A stretch of DNA of 64,000 nucleotides from Candidatus Planktophila lacus (GCA_943331345.2 CALQLF020000005.1:229-64228); one strand, 5' to 3'; positions 41,211 through 50,788 are shown, numbered from the stretch's first letter. The notes: generated from the sequence alone by a model not told the origin. Numbers and translations are program-made.

Positions 41211-41861
41211 TCACTCCGCGGCGCCTAGCCAAAGTTCACGAAATTCCCTTCTCACTGATTCGGTGTGCAGACGCATCTGGAGTTCAGCAAACGCCTTATC
41301 ACCCTTGGCCAAGGCTTCAACGATAGCGTGATGCTGTCGCAACGAAGACTGGCTTTCCGTCGATTGCCCGAGTTTCAAATAGAGACTCTGGGTGAAATCG
41401 ACAATGCGGAATATAATCTCGGTTAGCGTGCTGTTGCCGGAACAGCGGTGCAGCGCGCGATGAAACCGTGAGTTCAATTCAAGGAAGGCGCGATCGTCCG
41501 CAGGACGCGCAGCTACCAGGGCCTCTTGCTCGGCGACAATTGCGCGTAACTCCGCGATCGCTTCCGATGTGACGCGTTCTGCCGCCAAACCAACGCTGTA
41601 ACTTTCTAGGAAACTCAGGAGGTCGAAGATTTCCTCGGCATGCGTTTCACTGACATCAGACACATAACTGCGTTTATTGCCGGCAATGGTGACTAGCCCT
41701 TCGCTCGCGAGCGCGCGAATTGCCTGACGCACTGGTGTACGGCTGGCATTGCAGTATCCAGCAAGCTCTTCCTCTTTGAGATGAAACCCGGGCTTGAACG
41801 TACCCCTGAAGATGGCTTTGCGTATTTTGTCGTAAGCACGTTGCTTTGAAGTAGTCACCAT
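41211..41861 (-). CDS. GntR family transcriptional regulator, FadR/FCD subfamily
   Basis: It has a winged HTH (LKEEELAGYCNASRTPVRQAIRALASEGLV) plus an all-helical FCD-like C-terminus. The start is taken at MVTTSKQRAYD. An upstream GTG at 41939 that overlaps the ALDH stop (GTGA) is an alternative. Confidence 0.8.
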   Translation of the reverse strand: MVTTSKQRAYDKIRKAIFRGTFKPGFHLKEEELAGYCNASRTPVRQAIRALASEGLVTIAGNKRSYVSDVSETHAEEIFDLLSFLESYSVGLAAERVTSEAIAELRAIVAEQEALVAARPADDRAFLELNSRFHRALHRCSGNSTLTEIIFRIVDFTQSLYLKLGQSTESQSSLRQHHAIVEALAKGDKAFAELQMRLHTESVRREFRELWLGAAE

Positions 41862-41935
41862 CAGCTCCTGCCACGACCAAAGTAAACGGTCGATAGGGCA
41901 TGATAGCGAAAACGTGAGCGGGCTTGGAATGATGC

Positions 41936-43444
41936 TCACAAGCCGGCCACCACGCTCTTCAGTTCGGTGTATTCCTCGACACCGACCCGCCCAGACTCGC
42001 GCCCCCAGCCTGACTGGCCGAATCCACCATTTGGCAATGACTCATCCAGCATGGCGTAGCAGTTGATCCAAACGGAACCCGCACGAATCTCGGCGGCCAT
42101 GGCATGCGCGGTAGAAAGATCACGGGTGAAAACGCCGGCCGCCAAGCCGTAGGGCGTGTCATTCGCGAGAGCGACCGCCTCTTCCAGCGTGTCGAAAGGC
42201 ATCACGCCAAGCACAGGCCCGAAGATTTCCTCCCTCATAAGCTCAATGTCGTTGCCGGGGACGGCAAACACCGTGGGCTCGACAAAGTAACCACGGTCGC
42301 CTACGGTCCGCCCGCCAGTCACCAATGTAGCTCCCTCAAGCTGAGCCCGGCTGATGAAGCCGAGTACTGCGGCCTGCTGTCGAGCCGACACCAACGGGCC
42401 CAGTTCGCTCGCGGGGTCTAGTCCTGGCCCCACCCGCATACGTCGCGCAATTGCCGAGACTCCAGCAACCACAGCGTCGTAGATAGGTCGCTCGACGTAG
42501 AGCCGGCTACCTGCGAAACAGATTTGCCCGGAATTCATGAAGATTGCTTCGGCGACCGCGGGTATGGTGCGCTCAAGGTCCGCATCCGCAAAAACCAGCA
42601 TCGGCGACTTACCCCCAAGTTCCAGTGCAACTCGTTTGAGGTTGCCGGTAGCGAGTTGGGTGATGGCCCGTCCGGTTGCCGTGGATCCAGTGAAAGAGAC
42701 CTTGTCGACGCCAGCATGCGCCGCGAGGTGTCTCCCGGTGACGCCACCGGGGCCCGGCACGATATTCACGACTCCCGGTGGGAAATCTGCCTCCAGAAGT
42801 AACTCGCCGAGGCGAAGGGCGGTCAGCGGTGTCAACTCGGCCGGCTTCAACACCACACAGTTTCCCATCGCCAAGGCCGGCGCCAGCTTCGCGGTTGCCA
42901 TGATGACTGGTACGTTCCATGGGGTAATGGCGGCCACGACCCCAAGGGGCTCGCGCAAGGTGTAAGCATGATAGGCGGGACCGGTCGGGTTTCCGGCGCG
43001 CTGGTCAGGCGCGGAGAGCACGGCAGTAGCCCCCTCCATTTTGGTGCACCAACCGGCGTAATAACGCACTGCGTCTGCTGGCCCATGACCGGCAAGGAAA
43101 TGGGCCAGCCCAATTGGCATGCCCTGGTTGAGCGTCTCGAGATGGGCGAGCTCAGCGGCGTGAGCCTCGATTAAATCGGCGAATCTCCACAACCGCTTGG
43201 CCCGGTCTGCGGGCGGCATGCGTCGCCATGCACGCCCCGCAAAGGCGTTTCGGGCTGCCGCCACGGCCAGGTCAACATCGTGAACATCAGCTGACATAAC
43301 GGTGGCAATAGCACGCTCGGTGGCCGGGTCGTGGACCTCGAACGCCGGACCACGGCCCTCGACCCATCGCCCATCAATCAAGAGCGGCTTGGGCCGCGCC
43401 AAATACTCCGTCACACGAGCTTCCGTCGTCACTTGCAACTCCAC
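41936..43444 (-). CDS. NAD(P)-dependent aldehyde dehydrogenase
   Basis: 502 aa with a GTG start, LELGGKSP, and FMNSGQICFAGSRL (catalytic Cys). Confidence 0.9.
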   Translation of the reverse strand: MELQVTTEARVTEYLARPKPLLIDGRWVEGRGPAFEVHDPATERAIATVMSADVHDVDLAVAAARNAFAGRAWRRMPPADRAKRLWRFADLIEAHAAELAHLETLNQGMPIGLAHFLAGHGPADAVRYYAGWCTKMEGATAVLSAPDQRAGNPTGPAYHAYTLREPLGVVAAITPWNVPVIMATAKLAPALAMGNCVVLKPAELTPLTALRLGELLLEADFPPGVVNIVPGPGGVTGRHLAAHAGVDKVSFTGSTATGRAITQLATGNLKRVALELGGKSPMLVFADADLERTIPAVAEAIFMNSGQICFAGSRLYVERPIYDAVVAGVSAIARRMRVGPGLDPASELGPLVSARQQAAVLGFISRAQLEGATLVTGGRTVGDRGYFVEPTVFAVPGNDIELMREEIFGPVLGVMPFDTLEEAVALANDTPYGLAAGVFTRDLSTAHAMAAEIRAGSVWINCYAMLDESLPNGGFGQSGWGRESGRVGVEEYTELKSVVAGL

Positions 43445-43470
43445 GGGCGATCGACCCGAAACACGTAAGA

Positions 43471-43481
43471 CTGTGCAACAT
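43471..43481. promoter_or_regulatory. GntR/FadR-type box CTGTGCAACAT
   Basis: Lies 27-37 nt upstream of the ALDH-GntR-ADH operon start, in the divergent region shared with the plus-strand ALDH-MFS operon. Confidence 0.4.
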
Positions 43482-43672
43482 TTTTAGATGATTAGCAAGG
43501 AAGCCCATTGACCGATAAAACGTCAGGAACTGTATTTATAACGAATTCTCTAGTTGTAAACTTTTTCTTCCTGAGAGCGGCACTTTGAATATGGTGTTTT
43601 GATGTACACTTTTTAACAAAGCACTCACTTAGAACCGTCGTCTAACTCACTTTCCACCTGCGCGGATCCTGT

Positions 43673-45115
43673 ATGTCAGACCCTGTCTACCATTTCATCG
43701 CAGGCGAGTACACCGCCTCCAGCGATGGAGCCATTGCCGCGAGCCTTGACCCGGCCACGGGTGCCGTCATCGGACATTTTGCCGCCGGCGGTGAGATGGA
43801 GGCCGCCGCGGCCATTGCTGCCGCCCGACACACATTTGATACCTCTGTGTGGTCGCGATCCCCCCTGCTCCGTGCGAAAGTGCTGCTCGAACTGGCAGAC
43901 CGTCTGGAGGCCGAAAAGACCAGCATCGCGAACTTGCTCACGGCCGAGAACGGTAAAATTCTGCGTCAATCGCAGGGGGAACTCGGAATAGCCATCTCGG
44001 AGCTCCGCTACTATGCAGGCCTAGCACGTACGCTTTACGGGCGGGTCATCGAACTCGAGCCACAGCTTTACTCGATGCTCGGGCGCGAAGCGATGGGTGT
44101 TGCCGGCATCATCGTTCCGTGGAATGCACCCATCATCCTGCTCATTCGCTCGCTCGCGCCCGCACTAGCTGCTGGCTGCACATGTGTCATCAAGGCCGCG
44201 CCCCAGACTGCCCTCACTAATGACGCCGTAGTGCGGCTCATGGCTAATCTAAAGTCACTACCTCCGGGCGTTGTTAATAGCTTCACGGAAACCGGCAGTG
44301 CGGGTGCCGCAGAAATCGTCGCGTCTCTCGATGTCGATGTCTTGAGTTATACGGGCAGCACTGGCGTCGGCAAGAAAATCATGGCGGCGGCGGCGGGTAC
44401 CCTGAAACGGCTTAACCTAGAGCTAGGCGGAAGTGCCCCTTGCCTTGTATTCGATGATGCGGACCTCGACAGAGCCATTCCCGAGTTGGTAGCCGCAGGA
44501 ATGGTTATGGCCGGCCAGCAGTGTGTTGCCGCCAGCCGACTGTTAGTTCATTCCTCTATCGCGGAAAAAGCAGAACGACTATTCGCCGCAGCGCTTGAAC
44601 GTGTACGCGTCGGGCCCGGCCGCGATCCCACGAGCGAGATGGGGCCGTTGATTGATGTCGCAAATCGTGACCGAATACTGAAACTACTGGATACGGCCAA
44701 GGCATCTACCGATGCCATCGTCCTCGGCAGCGCGCTGCAAGGGAAAAACGCTCATGGCGCCTTTGTCACGCCGAGTCTCCTGCGGGTTCGGGACCGGGCA
44801 GCGGCAGTCCTTCAAGAAGAAGTGTTCGGGCCAGTCATGACACTCGACGTCTTTGACGACGAGGAAGAGGCCGTCCATGTCGCCAATTCAAGCCGCTTCG
44901 GCCTAGCGGCAAGCGTCTGGTCGAGCGACCTGCGGCGTGCACAGCGCGTCGCCGCCCAACTCCGCAGCGGCACTGTCTGGCTCAACCGCCATGGCCATCT
45001 GGCGCCAGAAGCGGAGACGGGTGGGTACCGGGAGAGTGGCATCGGCCGATTGCATGGCGTCGAGGGACTAGGCGAATTCATGCAAACCAAACATATTCAA
45101 TGGGCCACGAGTTGA
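43673..45115 (+). CDS. NAD(P)-dependent aldehyde dehydrogenase
   Basis: 480 aa with LELGGSAP, MAGQQCVAASRL (catalytic Cys) and EEVFGPV. Confidence 0.9.
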   Translation: MSDPVYHFIAGEYTASSDGAIAASLDPATGAVIGHFAAGGEMEAAAAIAAARHTFDTSVWSRSPLLRAKVLLELADRLEAEKTSIANLLTAENGKILRQSQGELGIAISELRYYAGLARTLYGRVIELEPQLYSMLGREAMGVAGIIVPWNAPIILLIRSLAPALAAGCTCVIKAAPQTALTNDAVVRLMANLKSLPPGVVNSFTETGSAGAAEIVASLDVDVLSYTGSTGVGKKIMAAAAGTLKRLNLELGGSAPCLVFDDADLDRAIPELVAAGMVMAGQQCVAASRLLVHSSIAEKAERLFAAALERVRVGPGRDPTSEMGPLIDVANRDRILKLLDTAKASTDAIVLGSALQGKNAHGAFVTPSLLRVRDRAAAVLQEEVFGPVMTLDVFDDEEEAVHVANSSRFGLAASVWSSDLRRAQRVAAQLRSGTVWLNRHGHLAPEAETGGYRESGIGRLHGVEGLGEFMQTKHIQWATS

Positions 45116-45126
45116 GTTGCTGACTT

Positions 45127-46311
45127 ATGCAGATAACGCCTGATTACGACGCGAATCAACCCTTCAACGTTGACAGCACGAAGTGTGTTGCCGCGGGCAT
45201 CTTCATGGGCGTCATGGGAGGCGAGGTATTCATCGTGCAGCCCGGGTTCGTCCAGGGGTTGGTGGAATACGCGCATTTTTCTGAGCAACAGGCGGGGTTC
45301 GTCGCGTCAGCGGAGATGTCTGGATTTGCAGTAGTCACACTACTGATTGGCGCTCTCTCAGGCCGCTTGCCGTGGCGGCGTGTCCTAGCCGTCTGCATAG
45401 GACTCGCAGTCGTCGGCAACTTGCTTTCATTGCTGGTACAAACCCCGGGTTGGTTCGCCGGAATGCGCTTCATTACCGGTCTGGGAAGTGGTGGAATTGT
45501 ATCGATCGGCTTTGCTTCCCTGGGTTTGTCCAGCCGTCCGGATCGCAGCTTCGGGTTCATGGTCATGTGGTCGGGCGTCTACGGCGCGGTGGTGCTCTTC
45601 GCCATGCCGACTGCTTACAGTCTGGTTGGTATGAACGGCGTCATTTGGTTCTTTGCGTTGCTGGCTGCCGCCGGTTTTCTGTTCGTGCCATGGATGCCCG
45701 CCTCTGGAACGCAGCATGTGACATCGGAATCGAGTGCTGTCGACCTCGGCTGGTTCTATAAGTCGCTAGCGTTGACGGCAATGCTTTTTTATTTTCTAGC
45801 ACAGGGGGTTGTCTGGGCCTACTTGTTCCGTATCGCCACCGACGCCGGGATTTCGGAGCAGGCTGCGGCCAATGGCCTGACGCTTGCGCAACTCGGCGGC
45901 GTTATCGGCGCGCTGGTTCCCGCACTGGTCGGTGCCCGCTTCGGGAGAGCACCGATGCTATTCATAGCCATTGCTTGCGGAATCATCCCGCTGGTCTTCT
46001 TCATGTACGGCGGCCTGACCGCTACGCTCTATACGGTTGCTGTGTTCATTTACAACTACGGCTTCAACAAGGCACACCCCTACTTACTGGCGACGATGGC
46101 GACTTTCGACCAGACCGGGCGCGTGGTAACCCACGCAGTCGCGTTGCAGACCTTGGGTCTTGCCATTGGTCCCGCAGTCGGTGGATTGCTAGTAGAAGGG
46201 AGTTCCTTTGATCGCATCAATACATTGGGTATCGCACTATTCGCTGTGTCGCTGGGCGCCATACTTGCCCCCGTCCTCAAGCAGCGCTCAATGCCACAAC
46301 GTTCTGACTAA
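45127..46311 (+). CDS. MFS-type transporter (paralog of 30868-32061)
   Basis: 394 aa, multi-TM, similar to the 30868 protein along its length. Confidence 0.75.
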   Translation: MQITPDYDANQPFNVDSTKCVAAGIFMGVMGGEVFIVQPGFVQGLVEYAHFSEQQAGFVASAEMSGFAVVTLLIGALSGRLPWRRVLAVCIGLAVVGNLLSLLVQTPGWFAGMRFITGLGSGGIVSIGFASLGLSSRPDRSFGFMVMWSGVYGAVVLFAMPTAYSLVGMNGVIWFFALLAAAGFLFVPWMPASGTQHVTSESSAVDLGWFYKSLALTAMLFYFLAQGVVWAYLFRIATDAGISEQAAANGLTLAQLGGVIGALVPALVGARFGRAPMLFIAIACGIIPLVFFMYGGLTATLYTVAVFIYNYGFNKAHPYLLATMATFDQTGRVVTHAVALQTLGLAIGPAVGGLLVEGSSFDRINTLGIALFAVSLGAILAPVLKQRSMPQRSD

Positions 46312-46331
46312 TAGCAGGGCGAGGCCAGCAC

Positions 46332-47129
46332 CTACCCGGAGTGCGTGAGGAAATCGAGGCGCCCGCCGTCGACCGCGAGAACTTGCGCGGTCATAAACGC
46401 AGCGTCATCACTCGCGAGAAAGGCTACAGCACCAGCGACGTCGTTCGGCTTGCCAATGCGCGCAATGAGTTGACGCTTGCTAGGGGAATTCCGTAAGCCA
46501 ACGAACGCCTCGTTATCGGCCGTCTCTTCCAGCATATCCGTCTCTATCAGGCCGGGGCAGAGCGCATTGACAGTAATGCCACGTGGACCTAACTCGAATG
46601 CCAAGCGCTTAGTCAGCATGTTGAGGGCAGCTTTGACGACGGCGTAGGGCGCAACTCCGCCGATAGCCGTTCCCAATCCCCCCACCGAACTGATATTGAT
46701 GATTCGCCCGACTCCTCCGGTCTCAAGGAACGGTGCCGCCGCCATTGCGCACCATAAGGGCCCTTTCAGGTTGACGGCAATCGCAGAATCTAGTTGCTCG
46801 GAATCGGTCTCCAGCATCTTTCCGGTAACTGCACGCCCTGCATTGTTAACCAGAATATCTAGCCTACCCAAGGTGGTGGCAACACTAGACACCGCAGTGA
46901 CAACCGCGCTGCGCTCGGCAACGTCGCAGCAAACGGCAGTGGCCCGCCCCCCGAAGGCTGCAATCTCGGATATAACTGCCGCGGCTGCCGCCGTATTCGT
47001 GCGGTACAAAATGGCAACAGTCGCGCCTTCCTCAGCAAGCCTGATCGCAATGGCGCGGCCGATTCCTCGTGAACCGCCGGTAACCAGCGCCACCCTGCCG
47101 CTTAGGCGACTGAAACCATATTGGGGCAT
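46332..47129 (-). CDS. SDR family oxidoreductase (FabG-like)
   Basis: 265 aa with VALVTGGSRGIGRA, NNAG, and YAVVKAAL (YxxxK). Confidence 0.85.
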   Translation of the reverse strand: MPQYGFSRLSGRVALVTGGSRGIGRAIAIRLAEEGATVAILYRTNTAAAAAVISEIAAFGGRATAVCCDVAERSAVVTAVSSVATTLGRLDILVNNAGRAVTGKMLETDSEQLDSAIAVNLKGPLWCAMAAAPFLETGGVGRIINISSVGGLGTAIGGVAPYAVVKAALNMLTKRLAFELGPRGITVNALCPGLIETDMLEETADNEAFVGLRNSPSKRQLIARIGKPNDVAGAVAFLASDDAAFMTAQVLAVDGGRLDFLTHSG

Positions 47130-47133
47130 TTTC

Positions 47134-47607
47134 TTAGGCGCGCGTCACACTGTGGATAACGCCCGGCATAAAGCGAACTTCCGGCTTCGCAGAACTCTTG
47201 TCACCATAGTTTAAAAGTGAACAATCAAAAAGCGTGCTTTGGTTGAGGTCGATTAGTAGCGTGACGAAGTCATAGTCCTCGTCGGCACGTTCATCGTTCC
47301 AGCGCACGCGATAGACGCCCGAATCCAATTTGTGCGCCGCATAACTAACATTACGCCCAGTCTTTCCTTTCACCACTCCGGCAAGGCCTCGCCAATTGAC
47401 GAAACCTTTTTGAAACGAGATCTCAAAAGACTGGCCATCTACCAAGGTATACACCAATGTCGTCCCATCCAACAACGCAACCGGGACAACCACATCGTTA
47501 CGAGCACCTTCTCCGTGTAGTTCCGGCGTTGTCGCCTGCGCGACTCCGCAAATCATGGCGAGTGCAGCGACAATTAGCGGTTGTATGTTTTTTTTGAGAG
47601 CGTTCAT
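47134..47607 (-). CDS. secreted small beta-barrel protein, PadC/MoaF-like (calycin fold suspected)
   Basis: 157 aa with signal peptide MNALKKNIQPLIVAALAMICGVAQA. The pattern LVYTLVDGQSFEISF...VNWRG...GVYRVRWNDE...FVTLLIDLN...F resembles phenolic acid decarboxylase / MoaF N-terminal barrels. GAGGAAG precedes the ATG. Confidence 0.6.
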   Translation of the reverse strand: MNALKKNIQPLIVAALAMICGVAQATTPELHGEGARNDVVVPVALLDGTTLVYTLVDGQSFEISFQKGFVNWRGLAGVVKGKTGRNVSYAAHKLDSGVYRVRWNDERADEDYDFVTLLIDLNQSTLFDCSLLNYGDKSSAKPEVRFMPGVIHSVTRA

Positions 47608-47661
47608 CGGTTCTTCCTCATGAATTGAGCGCGCTTGAGCGATATAACAAGAAAACGTGGC

Positions 47662-48168
47662 CTACCGACGCTCGGCGGCGCTGTAAATGAAGCCAGGTGC
47701 CCAATGGATGATGTGCGGTCCTGCACGGTTAGGGCCGTAATTGAAGAGTGACGCAGCGAATATGCGACGAGTCTTCAGGTTGATATGAAGACTTGCCCAC
47801 TCAAGGTCGCCTTGCGGTGAGCTTTCGATGAAGGAGACCATATACTCTCCTTCGCTTATCTCATGGGCCTTGTAGGGAGATCCCTTGACGCCGCTGATCG
47901 GTCCATAAACCCTGCGCCCGCCATCCGTAAAGTCCAGCGTTCGCTCCTCCCAGTCCAGCAATCCGTTGTCGAAGCTAACTTTGTATGCAGTGGGCGTGCC
48001 GTCGATGTAACTGTACTGAATGGTTACTCCGTCAAGGATGGAGGTAGAAATACCGGTTTCATGCGGTGTGTCTACTGGTGAAGATAGCGCCGCGGTACTC
48101 GTCGCCAGTAGCGCTCCGGCCCACATTACCATCAAGTATTTAGCGGCAGTATTCGTCGTGATTCCCAT
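47662..48168 (-). CDS. secreted small beta-barrel protein, paralog of 47134-47607
   Basis: 168 aa with a signal peptide. It aligns by eye with the neighbour (IQYSYIDGTPTAYKVSF..LDWEE / GEYMVSFIES...WASLHINLKTRRIFAASLFNYG / WAPGFIYS). Confidence 0.6.
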   Translation of the reverse strand: MGITTNTAAKYLMVMWAGALLATSTAALSSPVDTPHETGISTSILDGVTIQYSYIDGTPTAYKVSFDNGLLDWEERTLDFTDGGRRVYGPISGVKGSPYKAHEISEGEYMVSFIESSPQGDLEWASLHINLKTRRIFAASLFNYGPNRAGPHIIHWAPGFIYSAAERR

Positions 48169-48232
48169 AGGGGTTCTCTATTTGTTCCAGAAGTTCGGAC
48201 AGTTTTGTGACGTTAGTCGCCGATGGCGCTGT

Positions 48233-50581
48233 TCAGAAATCCATCCCGAACGTCACCCCGAACGTGCGCGGGTCGCCAGGGATGCCCATGATTGAGTCAA
48301 CCCCGAATTCCTGCGCGTAATGGATGACTAGCTCGTTGGTCAGATTCTTTCCCCACAACGAGACACGGTATCTCTCCTCCGGTCCAAAGTTACAGGACAA
48401 GAACGCGTTCATCAGGAAGTCTGGTGGATTGGTTCCGTAGACGCGAGTCGCCGCAGTGTCAACGAGTCGAAGTTCGTTGGCGGAAGCGTAATTCCCGCTG
48501 ATGTTGGCCTTAACGCGCGCATTACCCGCGAGCACGTACTCCTTAGTTACACCAAAACTCCCGGTGAATTTTGGTGCGTTGGGAAGATTTCGTCCAACCT
48601 CGATAGAGGCGATGCCGTTGGTGCGAATGCCGACCGTGTCGCGAGTGACCTTCGTATCGAGGACACCCATCGCTAGGTTGAAATTCCAGCCGCCACCAGG
48701 CGCCAAACGGGCTTCAAATTCTGCGCCACTGATTTTCGAGTTACCAACATTGACGACCGTAGCTGAAACGCCACCGGACGCTGTCGGTATCGAAATCTGA
48801 GCCTGCTGATTCTTGTAGTCCATGTGGAACGCGGCGAAGTTGGTCAGCAGCTTTCGATCGAACCACTCCTGCTTGAAGCCGACTTCATATGCAACCACGG
48901 TCTCCGGATCTACTGGCGTGAAGAAAACACCCTGCAGCACGGCATCAGGCGAGTCGGTGAACTGCCCGCCCTTTTCACCACGTGTTATGGAGCCGTAGAG
49001 CAGTGCACCAGAGTCCATCTTGTACTCTAGGCCGAGCTTTCCGCCCCACATGTTCCAGGACTTGCCGAACGGCGCGTTGTTTACGTCCGGGCCGAGTCGG
49101 GTCTCCGATACACCAACCGGCGCTGCGCTGTAACGTCGCAGGTTATTAAAGAGGAACTGATCTGGTTGCTCGGGATCCAGACCGCCACCTGGCGCAAGCG
49201 TGAAGTCCGCATGCGTTGCATTCACTACGCCATATTGCTTCTCATAGAGCAGACGGGCGCCCGCATTAAGAGTCAACTTTTCATTCACGTCGAACTTGAT
49301 GTCGCCAAAGATGCTAGCCATACGTGTCTTCTGCTGAGCTTTTCCAGCATCGGAGAACAACATCAGGATGGGGATTGCTGTCTGGTAGTCCACTTTCTCG
49401 ACGAACCCATAGGCGCCGGTAATCCAACGCAGCCGCTGGTCGGTTTTCGAGGTAAGACGGAACTCCTGGGACCATTGTTCAGTCTTGGCTTTCTGACGGA
49501 AGTAGACGAAGAAATTCGTCGAATCCAGTTCTATACCGTCGTCGTCTTCCCAAAGATCGGACTGGTTCCGCTCATGTGCGCTAATCGATAGGAAATCGAA
49601 AGTTCCAGCGTCAAGATCGTACCGAGCAGACCCGCCAAATGCGTTCACGTCGTTGCGGTTGTTCTTCATGCCGACGTACACCTCGTCGGTATTCGGGTTG
49701 GTCGCATATCCACCGGCATCAACGCAATTTGTCTCGAAGGTATCTAGGTTGATGCTGGTACAAGCGCCGCCACCCGGACCAACCATTCCGTGCGACTTGT
49801 AGGGACGCTGCTCGCCCTTGCGCGTTCCGCCATGAACGTTGAACAGCCACTTGGCCGTGTCGGAGGAGTCAATGGATAGCTGGGCACGGGCCATGTGCTG
49901 ATGCGTGTTCCCAACCCTGTCTCCCGGGATATGAAGATTTTTCCAATAACCCGAGTTATTCAGCGACTGGACGGAGATTCGGAACGCTGCCGATTCGCCG
50001 ATATCGAAGCCGGCCGCGCCTTCCAAGTTGAAGGTACCTGCGTTACCGATGGTCGCGTCGGCGTAACCATTCGTTCCATCACCAGCCCGCGGGCGCCGCG
50101 AGATGAAGTTGACTGCACCGCCAGTGCTGTTGCGACCGTAGAGCGTGTTCTGTGGTCCGCGAACAATTTCGATTCGCTCATTGTCGAAGATAAAGAGGCC
50201 GGAGGTTTGAGGCGAACTCTGAGCGACCTCATCCTGATAAACCATGACCGGCTGGACCCCGACAGGAGAGAAGGTCGAGTAGCTGATTCCACGGAATGAC
50301 AATTGGACTTGGCCTGCGGCCGCAGTCTGCTGAAAAGTGACGTTGGGGACGCCATCAAAGAGCCCACGAGGGTCGACGACGCTTTTCTCGCGGAGCTCCG
50401 CGCCGGATAGGGCTGTCACCGCCACGGCTACGTCCTTCAGCGACTCCTGCCGCTTCTGTGCGGTCACCACCACTTCCTCGAGTTGGGCATGGGCGGGCAA
50501 TGCACACCCCAAGGCGGTAGCGACTAACGCGGCATGGATTGCACGTTGAACGGGCGTTCGCGGGGCCGATTGACTGTTCAC
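48233..50581 (-). CDS. TonB-dependent receptor
   Basis: The start is taken at the GTG at 50581, with GGAG 5 nt upstream. It has signal peptide ...ALVATALGCALPAHAQ, plug LEEVVVTAQKRQESLKDVAVAVTAL, and a C-terminal ...TFGMDF. Confidence 0.85.
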   Translation of the reverse strand: MNSQSAPRTPVQRAIHAALVATALGCALPAHAQLEEVVVTAQKRQESLKDVAVAVTALSGAELREKSVVDPRGLFDGVPNVTFQQTAAAGQVQLSFRGISYSTFSPVGVQPVMVYQDEVAQSSPQTSGLFIFDNERIEIVRGPQNTLYGRNSTGGAVNFISRRPRAGDGTNGYADATIGNAGTFNLEGAAGFDIGESAAFRISVQSLNNSGYWKNLHIPGDRVGNTHQHMARAQLSIDSSDTAKWLFNVHGGTRKGEQRPYKSHGMVGPGGGACTSINLDTFETNCVDAGGYATNPNTDEVYVGMKNNRNDVNAFGGSARYDLDAGTFDFLSISAHERNQSDLWEDDDGIELDSTNFFVYFRQKAKTEQWSQEFRLTSKTDQRLRWITGAYGFVEKVDYQTAIPILMLFSDAGKAQQKTRMASIFGDIKFDVNEKLTLNAGARLLYEKQYGVVNATHADFTLAPGGGLDPEQPDQFLFNNLRRYSAAPVGVSETRLGPDVNNAPFGKSWNMWGGKLGLEYKMDSGALLYGSITRGEKGGQFTDSPDAVLQGVFFTPVDPETVVAYEVGFKQEWFDRKLLTNFAAFHMDYKNQQAQISIPTASGGVSATVVNVGNSKISGAEFEARLAPGGGWNFNLAMGVLDTKVTRDTVGIRTNGIASIEVGRNLPNAPKFTGSFGVTKEYVLAGNARVKANISGNYASANELRLVDTAATRVYGTNPPDFLMNAFLSCNFGPEERYRVSLWGKNLTNELVIHYAQEFGVDSIMGIPGDPRTFGVTFGMDF

Positions 50582-50640
50582 GAGGACTCCTAACAGGCGA
50601 GATTTCAGTAGGAGCCGAAGACTAACCAAAACCCATATAT

Positions 50641-50651
50641 TTGTACAACAA
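50641..50651. promoter_or_regulatory. GntR/FadR-type box TTGTACAACAA
   Basis: Lies 60-70 nt upstream of the TonB-dependent receptor start (50581). Confidence 0.45.
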
Positions 50652-50777
50652 TATTGTGTATTTGTGGTTTTCACGCGACGTCGAGGGCGCTGATTGCTCT
50701 GTTCTAGAACTTTTTTTGCGGTTTTTGTAGTGATATGTTTTTTTAGAGACAAGTGGCGGCGAATTGGAGGCAATGTT

Positions 50778-50788
50778 TTGTAGTACAG
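50778..50788. promoter_or_regulatory. GntR/FadR-type box TTGTAGTACAG
   Basis: Lies 84-94 nt upstream of the aminotransferase start (50872). Confidence 0.4.

Noticed and set aside
43500-43612. Additional GntR-like sequences AGTTGTAAACTT and GATGTACACTT upstream of the plus-strand ALDH gene.
   Set aside because: They have GT-N2-AC spacing rather than GT-N3-AC, so they were not counted as boxes. They might still be degenerate sites.
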